Part shown: positions 1 through 8,223 of the stretch, in pieces
Numbering within the stretch: the stretch's first letter is position 1
How the letters are laid out: every line of letters begins with the position of its first letter
Made by a program: the position numbers and the translations under genes
The notes under the pieces: generated by a model
The model's input: the letters and a program-made list of their open reading frames with translations, nothing else
The model's database searches: none
What the model was told of the DNA's origin: nothing
Assembly: GCA_964372275.1 (NCBI GenBank)
Contig: CAYJRR010000028.1
Span: 1-39,647, forward strand
Origin: an uncultured bacterium
Lineage (GTDB): Bacteria > CAYJRR01
Direction of reading: 5' to 3'
Length of the DNA stretch: 39,647 bases

Positions 1-695
1 GGTTTGCTCGGGGCGCGGTGCTCGGTGAAGCCGGCCTCGCGGTGGCGCGCTTCGGGAAGGTGGCTGTCCCAGCAGGCGGTGGAGCAGAAGGTGAGCGCCA
101 GCCGGTTGCGGTTGCAGGTGGAGACGGTGCACTTGTACCAGCTCTGGCCCCAGGCGATCTCCTTCTTGCAGACCGAGCAGCGCATGTAGAAGAGGCGCCC
201 GGCGCCGTCGCCGGCGATCGCGCCCGACTTGGGGGGCGCGCGTTCGGGGAGGTCGCGGTGCAGCGCGAAGTAGCGCGCGACGACCGCCGCCACCTTCTTC
301 ACCTCCTCGAGGTCGGCGTCGGCGAACCCCGACCGGGTGTGGCTCTCGGCGTCGATCACGCCGTAGATCGTCTCGCCGGTCTTGATCAGCACCGCGAGCT
401 GGGCCTTCACGTCGAGGTTGTGCGCGACGTAGCCGGCGGCCTTGGCGACGTCGTCGATCCGTTGGTCGGCTCGCTGCGAGAGGGCCTGTCCACAGACCCC
501 CTTTCCCAGTGGAAGCCGCATCTGCTCGGTTGGCCTCCCGATGAACGACCGCAGGACGAGCTCGTTCCCCTCGACCGCGTAGACGCCGGTCCAGTCGAAA
601 CGGGGGCGGTCCTTGAGATAGGCGACCGCCAGCCCGTACGCCTTCTCCCGCGAGTTGGCGCCGACCAGCTTCTGCTCGAACTCTTCGTAGGTCAC
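1..695 (-). CDS. GAF domain (fRMsr/MsrC-like fold) fused to a ZZ-type Cys/His zinc finger; partial, runs off the left edge
   Basis: Not in the ORF track because there is no stop inside the window. Hand translation from GTG at 695 (RBS AAGAGGAG): MTYEEFEQKL...FDWTGVYAVEGNELVLRSFIGRPTEQMRLPLGKGVCGQAL...IYGVIDAESH (GAF), then MRCSVCKKEIAWGQSWYKCTVSTCNRNRLALTFCSTACWDSHLPEARHREAG (CxxC, Cx4C, Cx3C, Hx5H). Open for 231 codons. Confidence 0.85.
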   Translation of the reverse strand, partial: MTYEEFEQKLVGANSREKAYGLAVAYLKDRPRFDWTGVYAVEGNELVLRSFIGRPTEQMRLPLGKGVCGQALSQRADQRIDDVAKAAGYVAHNLDVKAQLAVLIKTGETIYGVIDAESHTRSGFADADLEEVKKVAAVVARYFALHRDLPERAPPKSGAIAGDGAGRLFYMRCSVCKKEIAWGQSWYKCTVSTCNRNRLALTFCSTACWDSHLPEARHREAGFTEHRAPSK

Positions 696-713
696 GGGAC
701 GAACGCTCCTCTT

Positions 714-2630
714 CTATCGACGCAGCTCGCCGGGGACCTTGGCCCCGTCGGCCGCGGCCAGCAGCCTCTCGTGCTCCGTCTCGAGACGCTTCGCCTCCGC
801 CTCCGACTCGCCGGAGATCCGGATCGCGGCGAGATAGACGGTGCGAAACGCCCGCTTGGCCTCGGCCGTGCTGCCGGCCGGTGGCGTCTTGTCTCCTGGA
901 GCGAAGCCGTACCGTTGTCGGAGGTAGCGGACCGTCCGGTCGGCGTCCGCGGCGCGCGCCTTCGCCGCGCGGAGCCGTTCCTGTCCATCGCGGAACCGGT
1001 CGATCCACCACGCGGCCGGCTTGTCCCCGAATCGCGGTCCGGCGTCGACGCCGTCGAGCCGGGCGCGGGCCGCGGATGCCGCGAGACGGACCGATGGGTC
1101 GCCGTGACGGGAGGCGATCCCGGCGAGCGCTTCCCGCGCGCCGGTGGCGTCCGGCCGGGCGGCGAGGGAGGAGATCGCCTGCCTGGCGACGTCGCCGTCC
1201 GCATCGCCGAGCGCCTGGATCAGCGGCGCCGCCGCAGAGCCCTCCCGGATCCGCCCGAGCGCCCAGGTGGCGCGCGACCGCACGCGCGGATCGGGATCGC
1301 GGAGCGCGAGGTCGGAAAGGAGCGGAAGCGTTTCGGGCAGCGCCAACTTTCCGAAGGTCGCGGCGGCGCGGGCGCGCCGGGCCGGTTCGCTCGACGCGAT
1401 CTCCGCGCGGGCGCGATCCACTTCGCCGGGTGCGGGCAGCAAGGGGTTCACGGAGTCCCCGACGTGGCCCGGCGGGCGATGAACGTCCCTCGCCTCGCGC
1501 GTGGCGCCGATTCCTTCGACGGAGGAGGCGCCCGTCGAGGCGGCCGTGCGGCCATCCCGCTCGCCGTCGCCCGACGTGCGCGCCGCGTCGGCGCGCTCGT
1601 CAGGCGCCGTCGCGCCGCCGTCGCCTCCACGGAACGCCCCCAGCGCGGCCCACAGTCCCCCCATCAGCGCCAGTCCCGACACGAAGTAGATCCACGCCGG
1701 CCGCGCGATGTCGGGCCGGACACGGGTGCGCGGTTCGGGGGCGTGCGCCGGCGCCAGTCCCGCCTGCACGGCCTCGAGGTCCTCGATCAGCTCCTCGTAC
1801 TCCTGGTAGCGGTCGTTCGGCTCCTTCTCCAGGCAGCGCTCGACGATCGCCCGCACCGCCTCCGGGATCGCGGGGTTCAATCGCCGAAGGTCGGGGATCG
1901 GATCCTTGACGTGCTTGATGATCAGCGAGACCGGGTTCTGCGCCTCGTAGGGCGTGAAGCCGGTGATCATGTGGTAGAAGGTCGCTCCCAGCGAATAGAG
2001 ATCGCTGCGGTGGTCGATCGCCTGACCCTGTCCCTGCTCCGGGCTCATGTAGTACGGGGTCCCCATCACGATCCCCGACTGTGTGAGGTGCCCGTCCCCC
2101 TCGGCGATCTTGGCCAGACCGAAGTCGGAGATCTTGACCGTGCCGTCGGCGTCGATCAGGAGGTTGTTCGGCTTGATGTCACGGTGGACGATCCCGGCGC
2201 GGCGCGCCGCGGAGAGCCCCTTCGCCGCCTGCACGATGATGTCGATCGAGTCCTCGACCGGCAGCACCCCCTTGTGTCGGAGCAGGTCGTAGACCGAGAC
2301 CCCTTCCGGGATGTACTCCATCGCGAAGCAGGGATACCCGTCGAACTCGCCCGTCCAGAAGATGCGGATGGCGTTGGCGTGGGCGAGCTTCGCCAGCGCC
2401 TTCGCCTCCTGCTCGAAGCGGCGGACGTTCTGCGGCTCGTCGACCTCGAACAGGATCTTCAGCGCGACGACGCGGTCAAGCAGCCGGTCGACCGCCTTGT
2501 AGACGACCCCCATGCCGCCTTCGCCGAGCTTTTCCTGGATGCGGTAGGGACCGACGTCGACGCCGATCAGCGGAGCCCCCGGTGCCCTCGCGCCCAAGCG
2601 GGTGGGACCCTTCTCCTGCCGGTGCTCCAT
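714..2630 (-). CDS. Membrane Ser/Thr protein kinase (Hanks type) with C-terminal HEAT repeats
   Basis: LGEGGMGVVY, VALK, HRDIKPNN, DFGLAK and GTPYYMSPEQ motifs; TM segment WIYFVSGLALMGGLWAALG; HEAT-like DPDPRVRSRATWALG and DADGDVARQAISSL. Start taken at ATG 2630 (MEHRQ). Confidence 0.92.
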   Translation of the reverse strand: MEHRQEKGPTRLGARAPGAPLIGVDVGPYRIQEKLGEGGMGVVYKAVDRLLDRVVALKILFEVDEPQNVRRFEQEAKALAKLAHANAIRIFWTGEFDGYPCFAMEYIPEGVSVYDLLRHKGVLPVEDSIDIIVQAAKGLSAARRAGIVHRDIKPNNLLIDADGTVKISDFGLAKIAEGDGHLTQSGIVMGTPYYMSPEQGQGQAIDHRSDLYSLGATFYHMITGFTPYEAQNPVSLIIKHVKDPIPDLRRLNPAIPEAVRAIVERCLEKEPNDRYQEYEELIEDLEAVQAGLAPAHAPEPRTRVRPDIARPAWIYFVSGLALMGGLWAALGAFRGGDGGATAPDERADAARTSGDGERDGRTAASTGASSVEGIGATREARDVHRPPGHVGDSVNPLLPAPGEVDRARAEIASSEPARRARAAATFGKLALPETLPLLSDLALRDPDPRVRSRATWALGRIREGSAAAPLIQALGDADGDVARQAISSLAARPDATGAREALAGIASRHGDPSVRLAASAARARLDGVDAGPRFGDKPAAWWIDRFRDGQERLRAAKARAADADRTVRYLRQRYGFAPGDKTPPAGSTAEAKRAFRTVYLAAIRISGESEAEAKRLETEHERLLAAADGAKVPGELRR

Positions 2631-2790
2631 CTGGTCGGAGTGTATTACGCGCGGCGGGAGGTGGCTACAGCCAGACTCAGCAGCGGCGTCGTCACACGTC
2701 GGTAAGCGGAGCACTCACTTCGTCGCCGCATCGTTCGGGGCGGCGGATGGCAACCCCGCGTAATGCCACATCGCGGGCGGTGGCCGGGCG

Positions 2791-2806
2791 AGGCACGGTC
2801 GTTGCC
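2791..2806 (+). promoter_or_regulatory. Putative sigma-54 (-24/-12) promoter
   Basis: AGGCACG-GTCG-TTGCC matches GGCAC-N5-TTGC with correct spacing; intergenic, ending 14 nt before ATG 2821. Confidence 0.5.
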
Positions 2807-2820
2807 CCTTGATCGCTCGA

Positions 2821-3660
2821 ATGAACGCGACGGTCCGGGCGGCGACGATCCTGATCGGTCTTCTGGCGGCGCGCGATCTCTTCGCCGCGCCCCGCGAGGT
2901 GTGCCACACCGACGGCGAGATCACGCTCCACGCCGACCGGTCGATCCACGCGCCGGCGGTCGGATCGTTGCGCGAGGGGGCGCCGGTCGATTACCGCCGG
3001 CTCTCGCGCGACCGGCGGTGGGTCGAGGTTCGGACGCGCGACGGCCGGCGCGGGTGGATCCAACGCAGCTACGTCTGCTACCGCGATGGCGCCCCGCTCC
3101 AACGCGAGCCGGCGGTGACGCCCTGGCCCGGGATCTGCCGCGGGAGGCGCGGCTTCGGCGTGCACATGCATCCGATCGCGCGTCAGCGGCGCTTCCACGA
3201 CGGTCAGGACTACGGCGCGCCGCAGGGGACGCCTCTACGGGCGCCGTTCGCCGGGACGGTCGTCCGCGCTGGGCGGACCCGCGGCTACGGCTACGCCGTG
3301 ACGATCCGCCGCGACAACGCCGACGGATCGGCCGACTTCTTCCTCTTCGGCCACCTGTGTTGCGGCCACCGGTTCCGGTACGGCCGTTCGTCGATCCGGG
3401 TGAAGCCCGGGCAGCACGTCGACGCCGGACAGGTGATCGGGCAGGTCGGGGACACCGGCTACTCGAAAGGCTCGCACCTCCACCTGCTCACGCGCCACGT
3501 GCCCGCCGGCGCCGCCTCGGCCTACCGCAATCCCGCCACCCGCGCCTTCTTTTCCCGCCGCTATGCCGTCGATCCCAACCGGCTGCTGAAGGTCCCCTCC
3601 TGCGGCGGCGAGCGCGTCGCCCGCGCGAAACGCGGCGGCGGGCGCTACCTCCGCCCGTAG
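2821..3660 (+). CDS. Secreted SH3b + M23 family metallopeptidase (peptidoglycan hydrolase-like)
   Basis: Signal peptide; WVEVRTRDGRRGWIQRSYV (SH3b); HDGQDY (HxxxD), GQVGDTGYSKGSHLH (HxH). Alternative start TTG 2809. Confidence 0.85.
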   Translation: MNATVRAATILIGLLAARDLFAAPREVCHTDGEITLHADRSIHAPAVGSLREGAPVDYRRLSRDRRWVEVRTRDGRRGWIQRSYVCYRDGAPLQREPAVTPWPGICRGRRGFGVHMHPIARQRRFHDGQDYGAPQGTPLRAPFAGTVVRAGRTRGYGYAVTIRRDNADGSADFFLFGHLCCGHRFRYGRSSIRVKPGQHVDAGQVIGQVGDTGYSKGSHLHLLTRHVPAGAASAYRNPATRAFFSRRYAVDPNRLLKVPSCGGERVARAKRGGGRYLRP

Positions 3661-3798
3661 TCCGCGCCGTTGGGACAGGTTGTAACCACCCCCTTCCCGC
3701 AAATCCGCTCCGAAAGCCGGTTTTCGGGCTCTTCCGCTTTACCCGATGCCGCGGTGCGTGATAGAAACGCCGCCTCTTTTTTTCGGGTGGAGGCCTGG

Positions 3799-5634
3799 TT
3801 GATCAATCGGATCCGGAGCTCGCTGGCGCTCTCGACGCTGCTTCTCGCGTCGGTGGCGGGCTGCCGGACGATCCAGGGGGCCAATCCCGTCCTCGACGGG
3901 CAGGACGTTCGCCTCACCGTGCTGCACACCTCCGACTTCCACTCCCGCCTGCTTCCCTACGCCTTCTCTCCGGGGCTCACCGACCGGGACCTTGGACTCG
4001 ACACCGACCGGTCGGAGCAGGGCGGGGTGGGCGGCGTCGATCGGCTCGCGTACCTGGTGGCCCGCGAGCGGGCGCGATCGGCGCGGGTGTTCCATGTCGA
4101 CAGCGGCGACTGCTTCCAGGGGGCGCCGATCTTCAACCTCTACCAGGGGGAGCCGGAGATCCGCTCGATGTCGATGCTGGGGATGGACGCGGCGGTCGTC
4201 GGCAACCACGAGTTCGACCAGGGGGCTGCCAACTACGCGGAGCAGATCGAGCGCTGGCGCACCTTCCCCCTCCTCGCGGGGAACTACCTGTTCGAGGATG
4301 AGCGCTTCCCCTGGAACAACACCCTCAATCGCAACGTGCAGCCCTACACCATTCTCAACGTGCAGGGCCTGAAGGTCGGGGTGATCGGGGTGGGGAACCT
4401 CTCGTCGCTCAACAGCCTTCCCGAGCAGGGGAACTCGCTGGGGATCATCGCCACCGAGACGATCGAGACGGTGCAGATGTGGGTGAACGAGCTCAAACCC
4501 CAGGTCGACCTGGTCACGCTGGTGACGCACATCGGTCGTAGCGAGGACGAGGAGATTGCCGAGTCGGTCCGCGGGATCGACATCATCTTCGGCGGGCACC
4601 TGCACATCGTCCTGAACCCGCCGATGCAGGTGACCGACCCCGACGGCCGCACCGTGTTGATCACCCACTCCGGGGCGTTCCTCAAGTACCTCGGCCGGCT
4701 CGACGTGGTGCTGCGCAAGTCGTCCGATACGGAGGAGGCGGCGCGGAACGGATTCGAGGTCGTCTCCCACCGCTATCGCGTCTTCCCGATCGACAGCCTG
4801 GTCGACGATGAGATCTTCCAAGATGCAGAGAAGGATGCGGCGCAGCTCGCCGGGGTCGCGGCCTGGGCGCGGATGCGGGAGATGCTCGAGCCCTACGAGC
4901 GCGGGATCGCCGAGCGGATCGATCTAGACCGCACCGTCGGCTGCCAGCTCGAGGACGCGCTTCCCCGCTTCGGCAGCGGCGGCGGCGACAGCCCGCTCGG
5001 CAACCTGGTCGCCGAGGCGCTGCAGCTCGAGCCTCGGATCCAGACCGACTTCGCGGTGACGAATTCGCCCGGCATTCGGGATGATCTCCGCGGCGTGCAG
5101 CGGAGCGAGCCGGGTCGCGCCTGTTTTGACGCCGATGGCGACCCGATCTACTCCGTCTCGGCGGAGAGCCTGTTCAACGTGCTCCCCTTCGAGAACACGA
5201 TCTCGACGATGTTCCTCTCCGGCCGCGAGGTGCAGGAGCTGCTCGACTACAACGCCGGCCGCTCGGCGGGGCGCGGCTGCCAGAGCCAGCTGCAGGTCTC
5301 GGGAATCACCTTCACCATGGTCTGCCGTGGCGACGAGCACGGAAACTTCGCGCACGCCGATGACGTCGAGATCGGAGGCTCGCCGATCTCGTTCGACGCC
5401 ACCTACGAGATGGCGACCAACGACTACATCGCCGGAGGCGGATCCGGGTTCCAGGTGTTGCGACGGAACACCACCCAGATCAACAGCTTCATCCCGATGC
5501 GGGAGGCGGTGGTCGGGTACCTCCAATCGGTCGGCGTGGTGCCGTGTAACGACGACGACCCGTCGTTGCCGGAATGTCCGGGGAGCGTCGTCGCGGCGGG
5601 CGTGGAGGACGGGCGCATCGTGGCCCAGTTCTAG
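3799..5634 (+). CDS. 5'-nucleotidase / UDP-sugar hydrolase family lipoprotein
   Basis: Metallophosphoesterase motifs HTSDFH, DSGD, GNHEFD, THIG and GGHLH; C-terminal domain SPLGNLVAEA, NSPGIR, LPFENT, ATNDYIAGGGSGF. TTG start after GGAGG gives lipobox VAGC. Confidence 0.92.
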   Translation: MINRIRSSLALSTLLLASVAGCRTIQGANPVLDGQDVRLTVLHTSDFHSRLLPYAFSPGLTDRDLGLDTDRSEQGGVGGVDRLAYLVARERARSARVFHVDSGDCFQGAPIFNLYQGEPEIRSMSMLGMDAAVVGNHEFDQGAANYAEQIERWRTFPLLAGNYLFEDERFPWNNTLNRNVQPYTILNVQGLKVGVIGVGNLSSLNSLPEQGNSLGIIATETIETVQMWVNELKPQVDLVTLVTHIGRSEDEEIAESVRGIDIIFGGHLHIVLNPPMQVTDPDGRTVLITHSGAFLKYLGRLDVVLRKSSDTEEAARNGFEVVSHRYRVFPIDSLVDDEIFQDAEKDAAQLAGVAAWARMREMLEPYERGIAERIDLDRTVGCQLEDALPRFGSGGGDSPLGNLVAEALQLEPRIQTDFAVTNSPGIRDDLRGVQRSEPGRACFDADGDPIYSVSAESLFNVLPFENTISTMFLSGREVQELLDYNAGRSAGRGCQSQLQVSGITFTMVCRGDEHGNFAHADDVEIGGSPISFDATYEMATNDYIAGGGSGFQVLRRNTTQINSFIPMREAVVGYLQSVGVVPCNDDDPSLPECPGSVVAAGVEDGRIVAQF

Positions 5635-5635
5635 G

Positions 5636-6739
5636 ATGATCACGGGACTCCCACGACGAGCGATCGGAACCGGCGCCGCGATGGCGGTGGGAGCGGCGCT
5701 GTCGGCCGGATGCGAGTCGAAGAAGGGGTTCGACCTCGACCGCACCAGCTCCTTCCGGGTGGAGATCCTCGCCGGCGGCACCGGGTCGGAGCAATCGCCG
5801 ATGCCGTTCGAGTCGACCGGCGCGGAGTTCACGCTGCGCATCACGGCGATCGACGGGCGCGGCGAGACGAAGGAGTCGTTCGCGGGCGAGGTGGAGATCT
5901 CCTCCGAGCCCGGCGACGTCGACGGGGACGACGTCACCTTCGTCGACGGCGTCGCCACCGCGACGGTGACGCTCAACAAGGCGTTCGGTCCGACGCGCAT
6001 CTGGGTCGAGGACCCCGAGACCTACGCCACCGGCGTGACCGACGCCATCTGGTACCGGGGTCCTGCGATCGACGACGTCCAGACCTCGACCACCACCGTC
6101 TCCTCGCCGTTCGAGGGGGAACGGGTCGAGATCGACGACACCACGAACCTGGTCGTCACCTCGGTGGCGCGCGACGGCTTCTACGTCACCGACGTCGACG
6201 TCGCCGGCGGCGCCTTCGCCTCGGTCTTCGCCTACACCTTCGGCGCCCCGCAGGGGCTCGGGATCGGCGACCGGCTGACCAGCCTGTCGGGGCGCGTCTC
6301 GGAGTTTCTCGGATTCACCGAGCTCAACAACCCCTCCTGGGACGCCGAGGGGACGCTGGCCCTGCCGGAGCCGGCGATGCTCACCTGCGCCGAGATCGCC
6401 GACTCCGAGCCGAACCTCTCGATGGAGGCCCGCGAGGCGTCCCTGGTCGCGATCGAGGACGCGACGATCGCGATCTGCTCCTCCTACCCGAACTGCCCCG
6501 ATTTCGACGAATACCGCCAGTGGACGGTGACGCTCGCCGGCGGTTGCGAGATCAACGTCGTCAGCCGCTACACGCTGGGCAACTTCGACCCCGAAGAGAA
6601 CGAAGGCGAAGCGGTCCCGAGGATGAGCGGGACGTTGCGCCACATCCAGTTCGCCGATCCGCAGTGGATCCTGGAGCCCCGCGATGCCGCGGACGTCTGC
6701 TGCCCGACCTGTTCCCCCGCCCTGAACCAAGGTTGCTAG
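5636..6739 (+). CDS. Lipoprotein with Ig-like region and ExeM/YhcR-type OB-fold module
   Basis: ATG 1 nt after the upstream stop; lipobox SAGC; IDDVQ..SPFEGERV..VVTSVARDGFYVTD..GDRLTSLSGRVSEFLGFTEL resembles OB folds of extracellular nucleases; ends WILEPRDAADV plus a Cys-rich tail. Confidence 0.75.
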   Translation: MITGLPRRAIGTGAAMAVGAALSAGCESKKGFDLDRTSSFRVEILAGGTGSEQSPMPFESTGAEFTLRITAIDGRGETKESFAGEVEISSEPGDVDGDDVTFVDGVATATVTLNKAFGPTRIWVEDPETYATGVTDAIWYRGPAIDDVQTSTTTVSSPFEGERVEIDDTTNLVVTSVARDGFYVTDVDVAGGAFASVFAYTFGAPQGLGIGDRLTSLSGRVSEFLGFTELNNPSWDAEGTLALPEPAMLTCAEIADSEPNLSMEAREASLVAIEDATIAICSSYPNCPDFDEYRQWTVTLAGGCEINVVSRYTLGNFDPEENEGEAVPRMSGTLRHIQFADPQWILEPRDAADVCCPTCSPALNQGC

Positions 6740-6767
6740 AGCCCACGAAGATTCGAAGGAGAGCGTC

Positions 6768-8159
6768 ATGAAGAAGAAGATCCACCTGTTCACCCTCGCC
6801 GCCCTGGCCGCCCTCGCGATCGCCTGCGGGGCGACCGACAACGGAACCGGCAACGGCGACGACGACGTCGGCGATGACGACGACGACGGGAACACCGGCG
6901 GGGTGACCGTCGCCGACATCCAGCAGGGGGAGATCGACGTCGACGCGGTGGTGACCCTGGAAGGCCTGATCGTCACCGCGGTCGACGTGGAGGGGGCGGG
7001 GGTCGACTTCTGGGCGCAGGACGCAGGGGGAGGCGCCTGGTCCGGGATCTACTTCTACGACAAGGACGGCGTGACGCCGGCGGAGATCGCCATCGGCGAC
7101 GAGATCACCGTCACCGGGAAGTACAGCGAATACCCCTGGGACGCGGAGGAGGGGATCAGCGAGATCACCCCGTCGGCGGTCGAGATCACCGACAGCGGGC
7201 TGACGCCCACGATCGACGCCATCGCCGCCGCCGACATCGGCACGGAGCTGGCGGGCGACGAGGCCGAGAAGTGGGAGGGCTGCCTGATCGAGATCGACGG
7301 CTCGTTGACGGTCGCCGACCTGGCGGTCGGCTACGGCGAGTACGTCGTCGCCAACGGCGACTCGGGCCTGCTTTTCGTCGACGACGAGATCTTCGACTCG
7401 CTCGAGGGTCGCTTCGACGACGAGACGATCGAGTACCTGGCCGGGATCTTCCACTTCGCCTTCGAGGCGTTCAAGATCGAGCCCCGCTCCGCGCAGGACG
7501 TGATCGGCTCCGACCCGATCCCCGCGGCGGCGGTCCCGGTGGCGAAGATCACCGACCAAACGGCCTCCGACCATCCGGCGGTCGAGACGGTGCTCGACGT
7601 GGAGGGGGTGACGGTCGTCGCGATCTACACCAGCGCCGGCAACACCAAGCGGAACTTCTGGGTGCAACAAGGGGCCGGTCCGTGGAACGGCATCCTGGTC
7701 TACGACGATGCCGGCCTCTATCCGACGATTGCGGTCGGGGACGTGATCAACCTCCGTGACGTCAACTACACCGAGTTCAAGTTCTCCAGCTGGACCGACA
7801 CCGTCGCCGAGCTGGAGCTCACCGACAACTCGGTGATCGAGCCGGTCTCGACGGGAGCGACCCCGGCGATCACCGAGGTCTCGATGGCCGACCTCCTCGC
7901 CTCGCCGGAGCAGTACGAAGGGGTGCTGATCAAGCTGTCCGACGCGAGCGTGACGGTCAACAGCCTCAACCCGGACGCGCCGTCGGACTACAAGGAGTAC
8001 ACCGTCACCGACGGGACGAACTCCCTCCGGATCAACGACACGCTGTTCGACAGCCGAACCGGCAAGACGCTGAGCCAGTCGCTGACGACGGTGCAGGGGG
8101 TCCTCAACTACTTCGTCCAGTACAAGCTCGAGCCGCGCTCGGCGGCCGACGCGCAATAG
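6768..8159 (+). CDS. Acidic lipoprotein with two tandem OB-fold modules
   Basis: RBS AAGGAGAG; lipobox AIAC; internal duplication (FWAQD..WSGIYFYD..GDEI..WEGCLI..KIEPRSAQD versus FWVQQ..WNGILVYD..GDVI..YEGVLI..KLEPRSAAD). Confidence 0.8.
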   Translation: MKKKIHLFTLAALAALAIACGATDNGTGNGDDDVGDDDDDGNTGGVTVADIQQGEIDVDAVVTLEGLIVTAVDVEGAGVDFWAQDAGGGAWSGIYFYDKDGVTPAEIAIGDEITVTGKYSEYPWDAEEGISEITPSAVEITDSGLTPTIDAIAAADIGTELAGDEAEKWEGCLIEIDGSLTVADLAVGYGEYVVANGDSGLLFVDDEIFDSLEGRFDDETIEYLAGIFHFAFEAFKIEPRSAQDVIGSDPIPAAAVPVAKITDQTASDHPAVETVLDVEGVTVVAIYTSAGNTKRNFWVQQGAGPWNGILVYDDAGLYPTIAVGDVINLRDVNYTEFKFSSWTDTVAELELTDNSVIEPVSTGATPAITEVSMADLLASPEQYEGVLIKLSDASVTVNSLNPDAPSDYKEYTVTDGTNSLRINDTLFDSRTGKTLSQSLTTVQGVLNYFVQYKLEPRSAADAQ

Positions 8160-8177
8160 CTCGAGAGGAAACGAGAT

Positions 8178-8210
8178 CGGCGCCGGACCGCGGGGGGCGG
8201 ACCGGCGCCG
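8178..8210 (+). other. Intergenic GC-rich stem-loop (possible mRNA processing or stabilising element)
   Basis: CGGCGCCGG-A-CCGC-GGGGG-GCGG-A-CCGGCGCCG inverted repeat, no U-tract, between co-oriented genes. Confidence 0.4.
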
Positions 8211-8223
8211 GCAGGAGTCGCCG

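Noticed and set aside
18-2705. 895-aa + strand ORF and the many other long overlapping ORFs (e.g. 6561..8489, 17729..19669, 22216..23967, 25678..27291)
   Set aside because: Antisense or off-frame shadows of genes with clear motifs. Stop codons are rare in high-GC DNA, and the translations are Arg/Pro/Gly-rich with no motifs.
3751-3783. Weak hairpin followed by a T run upstream of the nucleotidase (terminator or riboswitch?)
   Set aside because: The stem is imperfect and separated from the T tract, and no recognisable aptamer consensus is present. An Rfam/Infernal scan would be needed.
6850-6890. GAC/GAT trinucleotide run
   Set aside because: Encodes an Asp-rich lipoprotein linker; not an independent repeat element.
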